Positions 9,365 through 21,321 of a stretch of 64,000 nucleotides of DNA are shown here, piece by piece. Below the pieces are notes generated by a model that was not told the DNA's origin, did no database searches, and worked only from the letters and a program-made list of their open reading frames with translations. The position numbers were made by a program, and so were the translations under genes. This DNA is from Flectonema sp. DT1601 (Eukaryota): contig OZ025804.1 of assembly GCA_964019425.1 (NCBI GenBank), forward strand, positions 744,001 to 808,000, in the 5' to 3' direction. The stretch's first letter is position 1. Each line of letters opens with the position of its first letter.

Positions 9365-9876
9365 TGCCCAACGGTCCTAACTGCTTGATGTTTAAAAGTG
9401 TCTCGAGAGCCGATATTGCCTCTGGACACATTCATCTTTTGATTATTTCTTATACTGTTAACCAAATGAAGAGAAAAGACAAAAAAAAAGAAAATCTGAT
9501 TTTTGTCACGTAGTCTGACTACTTGCCTGATTTTAGTATCTTTTGATTAATTTATTCTTATTTATTTATTTTTATGTTGAAAAAAGAGAAGAACTCTTTT
9601 TTTTTTTTTTTAATACAGACTGTGGAATCTATTTGTTTTGCTTTCCACAACCAATTCGGTCTTGTTAAATGAATAAAGTCAAAGTTATCTAATTACTACA
9701 GATACCCACTTGGAGATCGCCAAAAGGCGTAATCGGTGGGTCTGGGTAGTCATTTACTTTTTTCTTCGGGATTTAGAGTTTTTTGATTACTTTTTTGTGT
9801 GCAGATGATATTGTCGCTTCGTCTAATGACTTGCCTGATTGGTAAGATACACATCTTTCGATTATTATTATTATTT

Positions 9877-9910
<34 letters not shown>

Positions 9911-10050
9911 ACTTTTGAAGAAAAAAAAACAACAGCGAAAGTCTCGATACAGATCGTTGGATTCTATTTCTCTCTTTTCACCAGATTGCACAGATTATAC
10001 AGACATTTATTTATTTATTTTTTTTCCCACTACAGAACTTATAATAAAAT

Positions 10051-10923
10051 ATGACTTCAAATAGCGACACCCTAGTGAGAATCGGACTCGCAGGAACGAG
10101 CGCATGTTGTGGCGCTTCCGTAACAAACCCTGTAGACGTCGTTAAAATAAGAATGCAGATGGGAGGCGTTGCCGGAAAAGCTAAATACCCAGGTATGGCA
10201 AGAGGCATCCTTGTAGTTGCAAAGGAAGAGGGTATTAAAGGTTTATATAAGGGATTAGGTGCCAGTTTATGTAGAGAAATGAGCTACTCGGGAATTAGAT
10301 TTGGTGCATACGAATCGTTCAAAGAGTTGTATGGTGCGACTGACCCAAAGAATACTCCACTATGGAAGAAGTTAGCATCTGGTGCATCAGCTGGAATGGT
10401 AGGTTCGGCCATTGCTAATCCGTGTGACTTGGTTAAAATTAGAATGCAATCTGATATTAAAGGGGAATTATACAAAAACGTATTCCAAGCATTTGGTCAC
10501 ATCTACAAAACTGAAGGATTCAAGGGGCTTTATGTTGGTGTTGCTCAGACTGTTCAGAGAGCATGTATTTTGGGTTCTTGCCAAGCCCCAGCCTATGATC
10601 ACACGAAACACACTTTGAAGAATAGCGATATGATGAAAGAAGGTGTTGGTCTTCATCTTATTTCATCATTTATTGCTGGAATTGTTGCGGTCACAGTCAC
10701 TGCTCCAATAGATTTGATTAAAACAAGAGTAATGTCATCAAAGGCGGGGGCAAACCCGTACAACGGAACCATCGATTGTCTTATGAAGACAGTAAGAAAC
10801 GAAGGTCCTCTAACCCTCTACAACGGATGGGTTGCTGGTTGGATGAGACTAGGACCTCACACTATCGTAACCTTCTTGGTCTTCGAACAACTTAGAAAGC
10901 TTGTTGGTATGCGTGCTATTTAG
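10051..10923 (+). CDS. Mitochondrial carrier (SLC25), uncoupling-protein/dicarboxylate-carrier-like
   Basis: Three PxDxxKxR signatures (PVDVVKIR, PCDLVKIR, PIDLIKTR), GLYKG, RLGPHT. Confidence 0.95.
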   Translation: MTSNSDTLVRIGLAGTSACCGASVTNPVDVVKIRMQMGGVAGKAKYPGMARGILVVAKEEGIKGLYKGLGASLCREMSYSGIRFGAYESFKELYGATDPKNTPLWKKLASGASAGMVGSAIANPCDLVKIRMQSDIKGELYKNVFQAFGHIYKTEGFKGLYVGVAQTVQRACILGSCQAPAYDHTKHTLKNSDMMKEGVGLHLISSFIAGIVAVTVTAPIDLIKTRVMSSKAGANPYNGTIDCLMKTVRNEGPLTLYNGWVAGWMRLGPHTIVTFLVFEQLRKLVGMRAI

Positions 10924-10944
10924 GTAAGGCATTGCTATTTTCTT

Positions 10945-10981
<37 letters not shown>

Positions 10982-11914
10982 TTAAACGAACGAACAGTTT
11001 TTTTAATTAATTTTCCTTTTTTTTTTTGTTTGCCTCCGATATCTATCATTACGTCATTCATAAGTGAACCAATGAGGAAAATATAACTTTGATCGCCCCA
11101 TCCTACTCCCGTCTTTTCTTTTTTCATAAAAGAATCTTTCTCGTGTTATTTCTTTTATTCTGCCAGCTGGCAACAAAGTCAACGTCATGCTGCACCCGTA
11201 TGGGAGTTACATTTTTTTGGTTCAGTTTTTTCCCTTTTCTTTTTTACTAACTTGAAATAGACAACAGAAAGAGACTAAGTGATATGCCGGTTGGGTGGTA
11301 ACAGGAAAAGTGACAGCGTGCGACATTCGCAGTCATACGGCGATTCTTCGTTTTGTACCTCAACTAAAGGCATCTGGTTTCCCCGTATGTCCCTTTCATG
11401 CATCAAGAGGAAGAAAAAAAAAAAGATAACGTGGTCGAGTTTTTCATGGGATTATGTTTTACACGTTCCCGGTTGAATGCTCTGAAAAAAAAAAAAAAAA
11501 AAGAAGAAAAAAAGAAAAAAAAAAGAAGAAGAGAATGGAAAAGAAAAGAAAATTATGAAAAAAAAAAAAAAACAATTATATGGCGAGAAAGAATGAGAAA
11601 AAGATGGGAAATTTACTTTCTTTGAGATGAGTTTTCTGTTTCACGGTTGTAGTTCTCTGACGAGGAAAGTGTTTTCCCTCACCCTCCCCCAAACTTCCCG
11701 AAAACTTATCATCGCCATGTACAACTTTAATTTCTTGTTTCAACTGCGGCGTCGGGAAATCGGCGCCTGTCAGGCCTGATGCATGTCGGGAAGAAGTATT
11801 GTCTTGCCAAACCATGCTTAGCTTAGTATGCGTGAATGGAAAAAAAACAACAACAAATAAATCTCTATCTATTTTTCCAATTCAGGATTTTACCACACAC
11901 ACTAAATTACAACA

Positions 11915-12142
11915 ATGGTCTGGGTATGCCCACAAACTGGAGAGATGAGAGATGGGGCTCTTGATGATGCCAAAGTTGACGTCGTAACCAGCCCTACTTC
12001 ATTGGTATCCAAAACAAAGGTGAGAGCAAGAAGTAATTCTCTTGATGGTGCCAAGGCGGTTTGGAAGTGGGTTGAAGAGGAAGAAATGTCAGCAACTCAG
12101 AAAGAACAACTCGCCCTGATTAGAAAAGACGTAACTAACTGA
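11915..12142 (+). CDS. Small hypothetical protein (75 aa)
   Basis: ACAACA-ATG context like other genes here, upstream pyrimidine-rich AG at 11884-11885, coding-like composition in an AT-rich region. Confidence 0.55.
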   Translation: MVWVCPQTGEMRDGALDDAKVDVVTSPTSLVSKTKVRARSNSLDGAKAVWKWVEEEEMSATQKEQLALIRKDVTN

Positions 12143-12608
12143 TATGGCTTTCAATCACAACCAGCTACAAATAAACGAAAATGTAAAAATACAACTCCTT
12201 TAGAGAAAGTTACAATGCTTGCCCATTCTCGCGCATTTTTTTTTAAAGACCCATTCTTTCCGGGCGGCGGTTTGGAAGGAGCTGCACGATCTCCGTGTGG
12301 CTGACTCCTTCTAGTCGACCCAAGTTTACCCAGTATGCTTCCCCTCTTAACTGTTTAAAAGATATAGTTTTTTTATTTCTTTAAATCCCCTTTTTGTTTC
12401 CCTTTTAGTAATATCGCGCGCAAATCTTTTTTTTTTAAATTATGTAATTACTCAACCCGGACTACTCTCACTCACTTAGTTATTCTCAGGGACTTGATGA
12501 AAAGTGATGCCAGGAAGAAGGTAAGGTTTTCTGTTTATTGTTGTTATCATTCTTTACATTGTTAAATTATTACTTCCCGAAAAAAAACAAGTCTTGTCAT
12601 CCATAACA

Positions 12609-13553
12609 ATGGCAACGGCAATTGAAAGTATGTTTATCATACCATTGGGAAGAGGGACTACTGGGTTGGGAAATCAATATGCTGACAGAGCAATTCGAGA
12701 GTATCAAAAATCATCTCAAGTAGCCTGGAAGGAAGAGAAGATGAAACAGGAGAGAGACAGAAGTATAGAGAGAGAACGTCTGCAGGCCACTCTTGAAAAC
12801 GAATCAAAACAGAGAATCAGAGACAGAGAAATTACAGCAAGAAAGAAAGAGACATTAGTTGAGAAAATGGTTCAACTTCGAAAAGACCGCGAGAAGGAAA
12901 TGACAGCAGAGTTATCAAGAAGACGAGATGAGTGGGCGCAACAGTTACGAAGTGAGAAGGACGATGCGAAGTCCAGAAAAGTCATAAAACTCGAAGAGTT
13001 GGCAGCTAAGAAAGAAAGGGATCTTCTGGTACGAAAAACAACAATCGAAAAGGAACGGAAACAATGGAAAGCAGAAATCCAACAACGAGAAGTAGCTCGT
13101 CGACTGGAAGTCAACAACTTACGTCGGATGGCAACTGTCAACAGAAAGAAGAAAGTTGAAGCAGTCGAAAAATCAATGCGCGTCAAACGAGAGACAGCCG
13201 CTAAGGGAAAGGCTGAACAACTTCAAAAAGAAAAACTTCGCGATAAACGACTTGATCAGAATCAGGTAATGTTAGCCGATGACATTAGAGAAGAACAATT
13301 ACACACAAAAAAACGTCGAGAGGAAGCAGAGACACACCGACTCGAACTAATGCTCGTCCAGCGAGAAGCTCGCAAAAAGGAAGACTCTCAGCTGGCTCTG
13401 GTGACACAAGAACGACGTCAACACGCTCTCGAATACGTTCGTCACTACAGAGACACAGAATTTAGAGAACGACAAGAGCGAAGAGAGCGAATTGACTATT
13501 TTACATCATCTCTGTTCAGGTGTAGACCTGCTAGTGCTCCTATCACTCGCTAA
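12609..13553 (+). CDS. Charged E/K/R-rich coiled-coil protein, unknown function
   Basis: Long ORF, ACA-ATG at 12609, almost wholly helical charged composition. Confidence 0.8.
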   Translation: MATAIESMFIIPLGRGTTGLGNQYADRAIREYQKSSQVAWKEEKMKQERDRSIERERLQATLENESKQRIRDREITARKKETLVEKMVQLRKDREKEMTAELSRRRDEWAQQLRSEKDDAKSRKVIKLEELAAKKERDLLVRKTTIEKERKQWKAEIQQREVARRLEVNNLRRMATVNRKKKVEAVEKSMRVKRETAAKGKAEQLQKEKLRDKRLDQNQVMLADDIREEQLHTKKRREEAETHRLELMLVQREARKKEDSQLALVTQERRQHALEYVRHYRDTEFRERQERRERIDYFTSSLFRCRPASAPITR

Positions 13554-13932
13554 GCATCTTCATAAGAGTTAGTCTCCAATCTTATGAGGTAATTCAGTAG
13601 ATGGGTTTTTGGTTAAATTATATCACTGCCCTCCTTTTGTAGTATTGCCTCTTTCGGCATTATACAGTTTTTCTTTTTTTCTTTTTTTTAATTAAAGTTT
13701 TAATAAATTCTAAAAAGTAACTCAAGCGTGTTTGTCTTCAGTTTTGTTTAGTTGTGATGAAGTCTTTACAGACCATATCAAGTCAGTTAACGTTTTGGTA
13801 CACCTTATTTATATAAACGCGTGTGTTTCGTTTTGATACCTTTTTGTCGAATTTTTTCTTGAGGGAAAAAAAAAAACCAAAAAAAAAAAAAAACTGAAGA
13901 GCAAAAAAACATATTTCTCCACAACAGGAATT

Positions 13933-15246
13933 ATGGGAGGCAAAAATACTAAATTAGAAGGTGGGGGGCGGAAACAATCGGAAGATGAAAAAGAAAAAGT
14001 GTGCAAAGACGATTTCAAAATGCTATCAAAGATTGGAGAAGGCAACTACGCTACTGTACTGTTAGTAAAACAGAAAAGCACAGGTGACTATTTTGCGATG
14101 AAAATGTTAAATAAAAGTATGCTTGTAGAACGAGACGAAGTCGAGCACACCCGAACTGAACGGGCGGTGTTAGAAAAAGCTAATCATCCGTTTTTAGTTA
14201 AAATGAGATATGCTTTTCAAACTACTGAAAAATTATATTTGGTAATGAATTTTGCTAACGGAGGTGAATTGTTTTCACATTTAAAAAAAGAAAAGCGATT
14301 TACCGAGGATCGATCCCGATTCTATGCTGCAGAGATTTCACTCGGCATTCAGTACCTTCATGATAGGGATATCGTTTACCGTGATTTAAAGCCTGAAAAC
14401 GTATTGCTTGACTCAGCAGGACACATCGTACTAACCGATTTCGGATTATCAAAGATGATGCGTGAGTCAGAACGAACAAAAACTTTCTGCGGCACACCAG
14501 AATATCTTGCTCCTGAAATATTATTAAATAAAGGTCATGGAAAACCAGTTGATTGGTGGGCTTTCGGGACTCTTTTATTTGAAATGTTGGTTGGAATTCC
14601 TCCGTATGTTAAATAAAATACCCAACATTTTACTTAGCAGAACAACCTCCCCATACTAAAAATCAAAATCAAACAACAGGTTCTACTCGACCGATACAAA
14701 AGAAATGTACGGAATGATTCTCCACGCTGATCTCTTCATACCTGAATTCGTATCCATACAAGCGACTGATATTCTTATAAAATTATTAGCTAGAGATCCG
14801 AAACATAGGTGTGTTAGAATGGAGAGTTATTTGACTAATGAAAATGATATAAATAATAACAACAACAACACAAAAAAAACAGGCTCGGAACAGGTCCAGA
14901 AGGACCAAAGGAAGTTATTAACCATAAGTTCTTCTCACCAGTTGACTGGAACGCTTTGTATAGTAAGCAAATTACACCTCCGTTTACTCCTCCTGTTGCT
15001 GGACCGGGTGATGTGAGTCAAGTTGATGAAGAATTTTTAAACAAGAAACTTCCTGACAGTATTGGTGGAGTTCCTGACTGTGGACCGTTGATTGGGTCAA
15101 CAGATCAAGAGCTGTTCGACGGATTCACTTACGATCCTTTGCATCCACATGCAAGACACTTAGGTGAATCACAGGCAGGACATCTTCCAGATACATTAGC
15201 ATCTAGTGGTGGTTTGTTGGGAGCTTCTCCTACTTCACTTCGCTGA
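13933..15246 (+). CDS. AGC Ser/Thr kinase (Akt/SGK/S6K-like, no PH domain, possible N-myristoylation); exons 13933-14603, 14680-14808, 14883-15246
   Basis: IGEGNYA, YRDLKPEN, DFG, TFCGTPEYLAPE, DWW; splicing restores GIPPFY and DPKHRLG; hydrophobic motif FDGFTY; N-terminus MGGKNTK. Confidence 0.95.
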
Positions 15247-15456
15247 ATATATAGGTTAGCACCTTAGTTCATAATTGTCAGAGTTTTTTTTTTTTTTTTT
15301 GGTATTGTTTTTAACTGACTAGAAGTGTCACTTTTTCCCGGATGAAAAATCATCTAGTCGGTCTTTGCGATACAACATTCTCAGTGAATGACAACAACCA
15401 TCAAATGCTTTTTGTTGCTTGATACCCGAAATAGGTATCTTCTCGTGGTATTCAAA

Positions 15457-15487
<31 letters not shown>

Positions 15488-16452
15488 CTGTCAAACTGAA
15501 ACATTTTTGTAATCCAGTCGTCTTAAACACTTTACATTATCATTTAAGATGGGTAGAGTGCTGTTAACATGGTTTACTTGTTTGGTTTTTCACGGAAGGC
15601 ATCAGTACATGAACAGGTCTGTTTTTTTTGGTAAGGTTCTAACAAAAAAAAAAAAAAAAAACAACAACAACTACCAACGTCATTAAAATGGGCAGGTGGT
15701 GTGGTGTGTTTGTTAATTAAAAAAAAAAAAACAAACAAGTTATGTGTCTTTTAATTCATGTGAGATTTTTAGCCTTCCCTTATTCATACATTTTGGGTGT
15801 CCTAAAATGTTGATTGAGAAACCAGTGTGCATGTTATATTTGGTACCGTCAGGCTGCTTGTGCCATCTGTGTTGTGTACTACGCACCCTCCACTTCCCCT
15901 GAGATGTTAAGAGACAACGTTGGTTTAACCTTTCTTTTTGTTTTTTTTGTTTTTTTATAATTGTTATATGGGAAATACTTACCATCTCATTTTCGTTACG
16001 TTTAGTCTCCTATGATAAGAAGAAAGAAAGAAAGAAAAAAAAAAATGAGTGAGAAAGAAAAAAAAAAAAGTAAAAAGAGTTGAAAGCTAAGGGGAGGAAA
16101 GGGGAATTACAGGAGTATGCAACTACCGTGCCCTTTTAATGCGTCTTTGTAATCCCTCGTATCATATCGTTGGTTTCCGTCCCTTTCGCAGAAGAAGAAG
16201 AATGAAAAAAAAAAAAAATAATTAAAAAAAATAGTCATAATTATCTACTTTAAGTAGTGCTGCAAGTTCTGTTCAGTTTGACATCGAAGAGGTCGGTGTT
16301 TGTCGCTTGTGGGTTTTAGTTTTTTTTCTCTTATCAGGATACAGCGACACACCCACTCTAGCTGGTTGGTTAGTATGTGACTATAATTGTGTTGATTGGG
16401 TAATGTGTTTATTCTTTCTTCAAACAGAAGTGGAGGTCGGGTAGATTAAATA

Positions 16453-17253
16453 ATGTCGTCATCGTCCCCAAAGGGATCGGTTTGTAAATCACCAAGAAAC
16501 TCATGGTCAAAATCTCCAAGACAATCTTGGTCAAAGTCTCCTAGACATTCATGGTCGAAGTCACCGAGACCTTCATGGGCACCACCTCCACCTCCACCAC
16601 CATCTGTTTTCACTGAGAGAACAGTTGTATTTTCAGGACTTTCAGAAAAGACTCCCTGGGAAGATCTTCAGTGGCAAATCGAGTACTGTGGATTAAATGT
16701 CGAGAAACACTACGAACATCCGAACCCAGCAGATCCAGAAGAGATAATATTCGTTGTAATGTTTGAGAAAGCCTCTGAAGCTGAGGAGGCTTTGTATATC
16801 ATGCCGGCCATGGAAATAAATGGAAAACCAGTTTCAGTTCATCCAGCGAAGGTAGTTGAAAGGGGAACAGGACCGGTGACTATTCATGAGTTAAAAATGG
16901 GAGTTAGTCAGAAAATACACGAATTTAAGGCGAGGCAATCTTATTGTGGTACGAATGTTCCCCCCTCTGGTGATGATGATTATGACAGTCTCGATGATAT
17001 TTCATCCGTCGACAGTCAGATCTGTAGATCAAAAGTAGACAAGTACTCTGACATTCCTCCAATTGTAAAACAAAACATCGAATCAGTTGGGAATATGGAA
17101 CCAAAAAAAAAAGCTTTAATCGCAGGTGGGTTACTGTTAGCTGCAGGCGGAGCTCTCTTCATGTCGAAAAGTACGCAACGAAAACGGAAAAAAGATGCTT
17201 GCAAAGGATACGATGTAATAGTGAGAGATATTAACAAGTTACTAAAACGTTGA
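16453..17253 (+). CDS. Protein with N-terminal KSPRxSWS repeats, RRM-like domain and C-terminal hydrophobic segment
   Basis: 4x KSPR-x-SW, RTVVFSGL..FVVMFEKASEAEEAL..MEINGKPVSV (RRM pattern), ALIAGGLLLAAGGALFM followed by basic residues. Confidence 0.8.
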   Translation: MSSSSPKGSVCKSPRNSWSKSPRQSWSKSPRHSWSKSPRPSWAPPPPPPPSVFTERTVVFSGLSEKTPWEDLQWQIEYCGLNVEKHYEHPNPADPEEIIFVVMFEKASEAEEALYIMPAMEINGKPVSVHPAKVVERGTGPVTIHELKMGVSQKIHEFKARQSYCGTNVPPSGDDDYDSLDDISSVDSQICRSKVDKYSDIPPIVKQNIESVGNMEPKKKALIAGGLLLAAGGALFMSKSTQRKRKKDACKGYDVIVRDINKLLKR

Positions 17254-17312
17254 CTTTCTGCTGGTCATCGTGGTCATCGTTTCTAAGAGGCAGCTGTCAC
17301 AATAGAGTTAAT

Positions 17313-17347
<35 letters not shown>

Positions 17348-17502
17348 CCATTCTAAGTATTTGTTATTTTACGTTGAGTTTTTTTTCTTCCTCGATTTTT
17401 TCAAGGGAATTTTTTTTTTTTTTTTAATACCCTGCTCTGGATCAAATTTTCATTCCCTCACAAGAAAAAAAAAAAAAAAAAGGGAAAATAAATAAATAAA
17501 AA

Positions 17503-18139
17503 ATGTTAAAAGTGACATCAAGACTGTACTGCATGAGTACTTCAAGATGGATTCAGGGTACTAACACACAAGGAGTTAATGAAGCAGAGCCATACCATCC
17601 TGCAGGAATGGTATTCGCAGGAGAGAGTAAGGGACGAAGAGTTCTACCAACATTCATGAAAGAGGAATACGACTACGAAGAATATCTACATGTCGGTAAA
17701 TTCACTCGCGCGCAATCTGATATGAAAGGAGGAGAGCGTAAGTTCGGATCCATGCGTAAATATAACAAAGTATACGAACTTCCAGGTGGTATCTCAAAGA
17801 GAGGAGTATGTACATAACCATTCTTAAGATTAAGGCCCCGGGAGGGGGTGATTTTTTTTTTTTTTACAATAAACTCATATACAACACTAATAACAGCATT
17901 TTAGATATCTCTCAGTCCCAACTTGGCCAGACAGAAGGGTATTACCGAAAAACAAAGGATACCGTGATGCTGCAGGGTATGGATCATGTAATTACATTTG
18001 GTATTAGGAAAAGAAAAAAAAAACTAAAAAAAAAACAAACGAAAACAGATATTTTCACTATGATCCTGAGCAGGTATACACTTTTAACATGCCTTCAATG
18101 GTTGATTCTGATTTAAAGGCATACGTTCAGAATGGATGA
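17503..18139 (+). CDS. Probable mitochondrial ribosomal protein mL41-like; exons 17503-17805, 17897-17976, 18049-18139
   Basis: Two GT-AG introns join an open frame: transit-peptide-like N-terminus, ISKRGHFRY..GYRDAAGYFHYDPEQVYTFNMPSMVDSDLKAYV, resembling the mL41 pattern (SKRG..G..G.F...P....LKPYV). Confidence 0.65.
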
Positions 18140-18334
18140 TGATTTTGATTAAACATGTTCGTATTAATCACATAATTGATTGGCTTGTGTTGACTTCAGT
18201 GAGACGGTTCAATGCCCACGATTATCGTTTTTTTGTGGGTTTCGTTCACTATTCGTTATTATTGTTGGAATTTCGTTTTTTTTTTTCTTTTTTCCATGTT
18301 TTGTTAAAATTCTCCTTTTAAAGGATACACAGGA

Positions 18335-20201
18335 ATGACACGACATAATCCTGTACCACGGGTTGATGCGAAATCCTGGGATGTTGTTGACTTGAGAAGA
18401 GATCTCGGTATGACTCAGGAAACATGGCAGACCACTCATCCAGTTGATGGAGTCAGTAGAGGATTAAGAACAACTCAAGGAGCTGGTCAAGAACAACCTG
18501 GACTAATCACAGATGATATAAACCCAATTCTTTCAGACTTTGCAGTAACCGCACCTGCCCGCGAATCAGTAGTTGCAAGGCGACCTCGTCCTAACACAGC
18601 CGCGACAAAATCACCCCTCCCACCCCGTCCAAGATTTGGAGGTGGAAGTACCATCCACAGCAAGCTTTTTGCTATGGTATTATTTTATCTTTTCTTTTGT
18701 GGAATTCAGTTATTATAAAATAATCAAAAATTCAAAACAGGCGCGCGAAAAGAATTGGAAGCCCCACGTAGTTGAAGACAAAGAAGACTTCAGAAGTAAT
18801 CTCCGAAAAGCTTCCGGACTCGATAGGGTATATCAACAATCAGAATTAGCTCATAAAAGAGATGCAAGGAAGGTGTCACCATGGGGTGCAGGTAGGGTGG
18901 TATGATTATTATTATTATTTTTTTTTTGCATTTAACAAGTATTGTAAGAACGAAAAAGAATGTTGGCAGCACACGTAAACCTCCTTTAACTTTATCAGTT
19001 TAAGTCGGTTCACGGTTTCGTGCACAAACAAAAAAATCACAGTGTTATATCATTATTTTCTGTATAGTTGAAGTTAAAGCCAATTCTTTTTGTGTATTTC
19101 ACTCACCTTTCTCAATATCACTGTAACAATATCCAACAGAAATCTGACGCGTGGGAATGGAGAAATCCAGCCAAAGTGACTGACAAACCAAAAACATCAT
19201 CAAGAAGGACTCAATACATAGGTGAAGGTCCAATATGGGACAGGCTTCATGGTCGCAGCAGTGAGATTGCACAAGTAAAAACCGACAGATACATGCAAAC
19301 CCTTCAAGTGGAACGTGAGAGAAGAAACCGAAAGGCAAAAGACAAAATGTACACCTTGGCATACAGCACTTTTGGGGAAGGCAGGCACAATAGCAGTGTT
19401 AATTTTCACAAGGTACCGACGAGGGATGTGTCAACGTCGCCTACGAAAGAAGCTCCGTGGGAAAGATTATTTCACAAGAAAACGAAGAAAAGAAAAGAAT
19501 CTTCATTGAGACTGACGGAACAGAATCCAAGACCAAGATTTCATGCTCCTCCTAACTCAAGTTACAGAAAGGAAACGATTAGACCTCCGAGACCATGGCA
19601 TCATCATCATGGAGCAAGTAGAACAGATGAAGAAAGTAACATTGACATCGGACAATGGGAAGAATCCATGTACAGAGATCCTCTTAATGGAAATGTTATA
19701 CACGTTAGGGCTGACGATACTCATGGTCAAGAACCTGCAGAACCGGTTGTACTGTTAGAGGCTGACTTACTACAACCACAAGACCATACTGAAGTAGCTG
19801 AGATGTTGTGTGATACTCAAATATCCATATCAGCTCGTAATCATTACTCCGCTGAAGATGCTGCCACTGAGGATCACATCCCAGGAGCAGACTCTAAAGC
19901 AGCTATGAACATGCTTGATTCTGAAGCAGGAGCACGAGCACGTCTCAATGAAGACAAACACCAGCGTCAACTAGCTGCACAGGCAGCTAGAGATGCTGAA
20001 GCCATAAATGTTAGAAAACGTGTTGCTGCGTTGGAAGCCGGTAAACTCCCATTCCCACCTCCAGTTGTTGGACCTACTCGTATGCCACTGAAAAGATCAA
20101 GTCCTCCTCATAAACCTGTTGTTAAGGCAAAGCCCGCACCTGTCGTCCCGTACTCCAATGGCTATGCAGATGATGAAAGTGAAGAAGATCTCGCTGCATA
20201 A
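18335..20201 (+). CDS. Hypothetical protein; exons approx. 18335-18676, 18741-18899, 19140-20201
   Basis: Three ORF pieces joined in phase 0 by GT...AACAG introns; no recognisable domain. Confidence 0.7.
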
Positions 20202-21321
20202 AATGAGATAGATAGACATATTATCCTTTCAGAGTTATTTTTATATATATATTTTTTTTGTCTTGTTTTGGAGCGAACTATCTCTTAAGCATCCGCTTTG
20301 TGAGTGTCGAAACGTTCTCGCCAAATGGCCGGCTGTTTCTTTAATTTATGTTTATTACGTTTCTGTACTGGAAGTGTCCCCCTTCTCCCATTTCTGTTCT
20401 TAAACCCTCTCGTTGTTAATTACTCTTGGTTCAGCCCTTGCCAATATAGATGGAGATTTTTTGGAAGTAGCAGTCCTCTCACATCATCTTCTGGTACTTT
20501 TCTGCTTCGGCGATGCGCTCTTTTAGTAGAGGAGCCAATTTGGTCTTCCATTGGCTACTGAGAATTTTGAATCAAATTTGTAGTAGTGAATTGTGCTCTG
20601 GTTCTGTTGTAATCGTGAGCTAAACCAAAATTTTATTATTAATTTTTTTTTTTTTTTTTTTGTCAAAACCCTTCACCCCACCCACAGTAAGTACTTTTTT
20701 CTATTCTTTCTTTTAGAATGCTTCCTTTTCCCACGTTAATCAGCTTTTGGTTACTCTCTTGCAATTTCTTAAGTGGGCTTGGTGTATTCTTCTTGCCTTA
20801 TTAGTGCGCTGGTTTCTAACATCATGTCGTCTCTTGTTTTTTTTTTTTTTTTACTCATGCTGGTGGAACAGCGTAGATTTTTGTACTTTTTTTGTGTGAG
20901 TTGATTGACAGATTGGGCTGGTAGTGTTCGTTTCTGTGGCTTGAGAAGAGCACCTGCCATCTTATTATTTTTTATTACTTTGTTTTTGTTCCTTTTTTTT
21001 TTTTTTTTACAACAATTCCTTTAGTTTGAAAAAAAAAAAAAAATAAATAAATAAAGCACATGACTTGCTCTCCCTCACATTCCCCAACATGCCCTCGCCT
21101 CTGTTGTTTTTTTTTTTTTTTTTTTTGTTTTTGTTGTAAGTCATTATCTGCTGTTTTTTTATTTTAGTTTTGGTGATAACTTTTGTGTATTGTGATTTTA
21201 TCTTTTTATTTGAAGGAAATTGGTGTAAAAATGTATTCGTAAAAACTGCTAAGCAATCTGTACTGTGACGGTCAGTCAGTTAAATAACATTAGCATACTT
21301 TAGTAGGTGTACACAGCAACA

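Noticed and set aside
9510..9842. Twice-occurring ACTTGCCTGATT as C/D snoRNA or U1-like sequence
   Set aside because: No convincing C box at a suitable distance and no U1 body
20290..20620. Coding-looking stretch on either strand after the 18335-20201 gene
   Set aside because: Interrupted by stops, no recognisable domain or splice support
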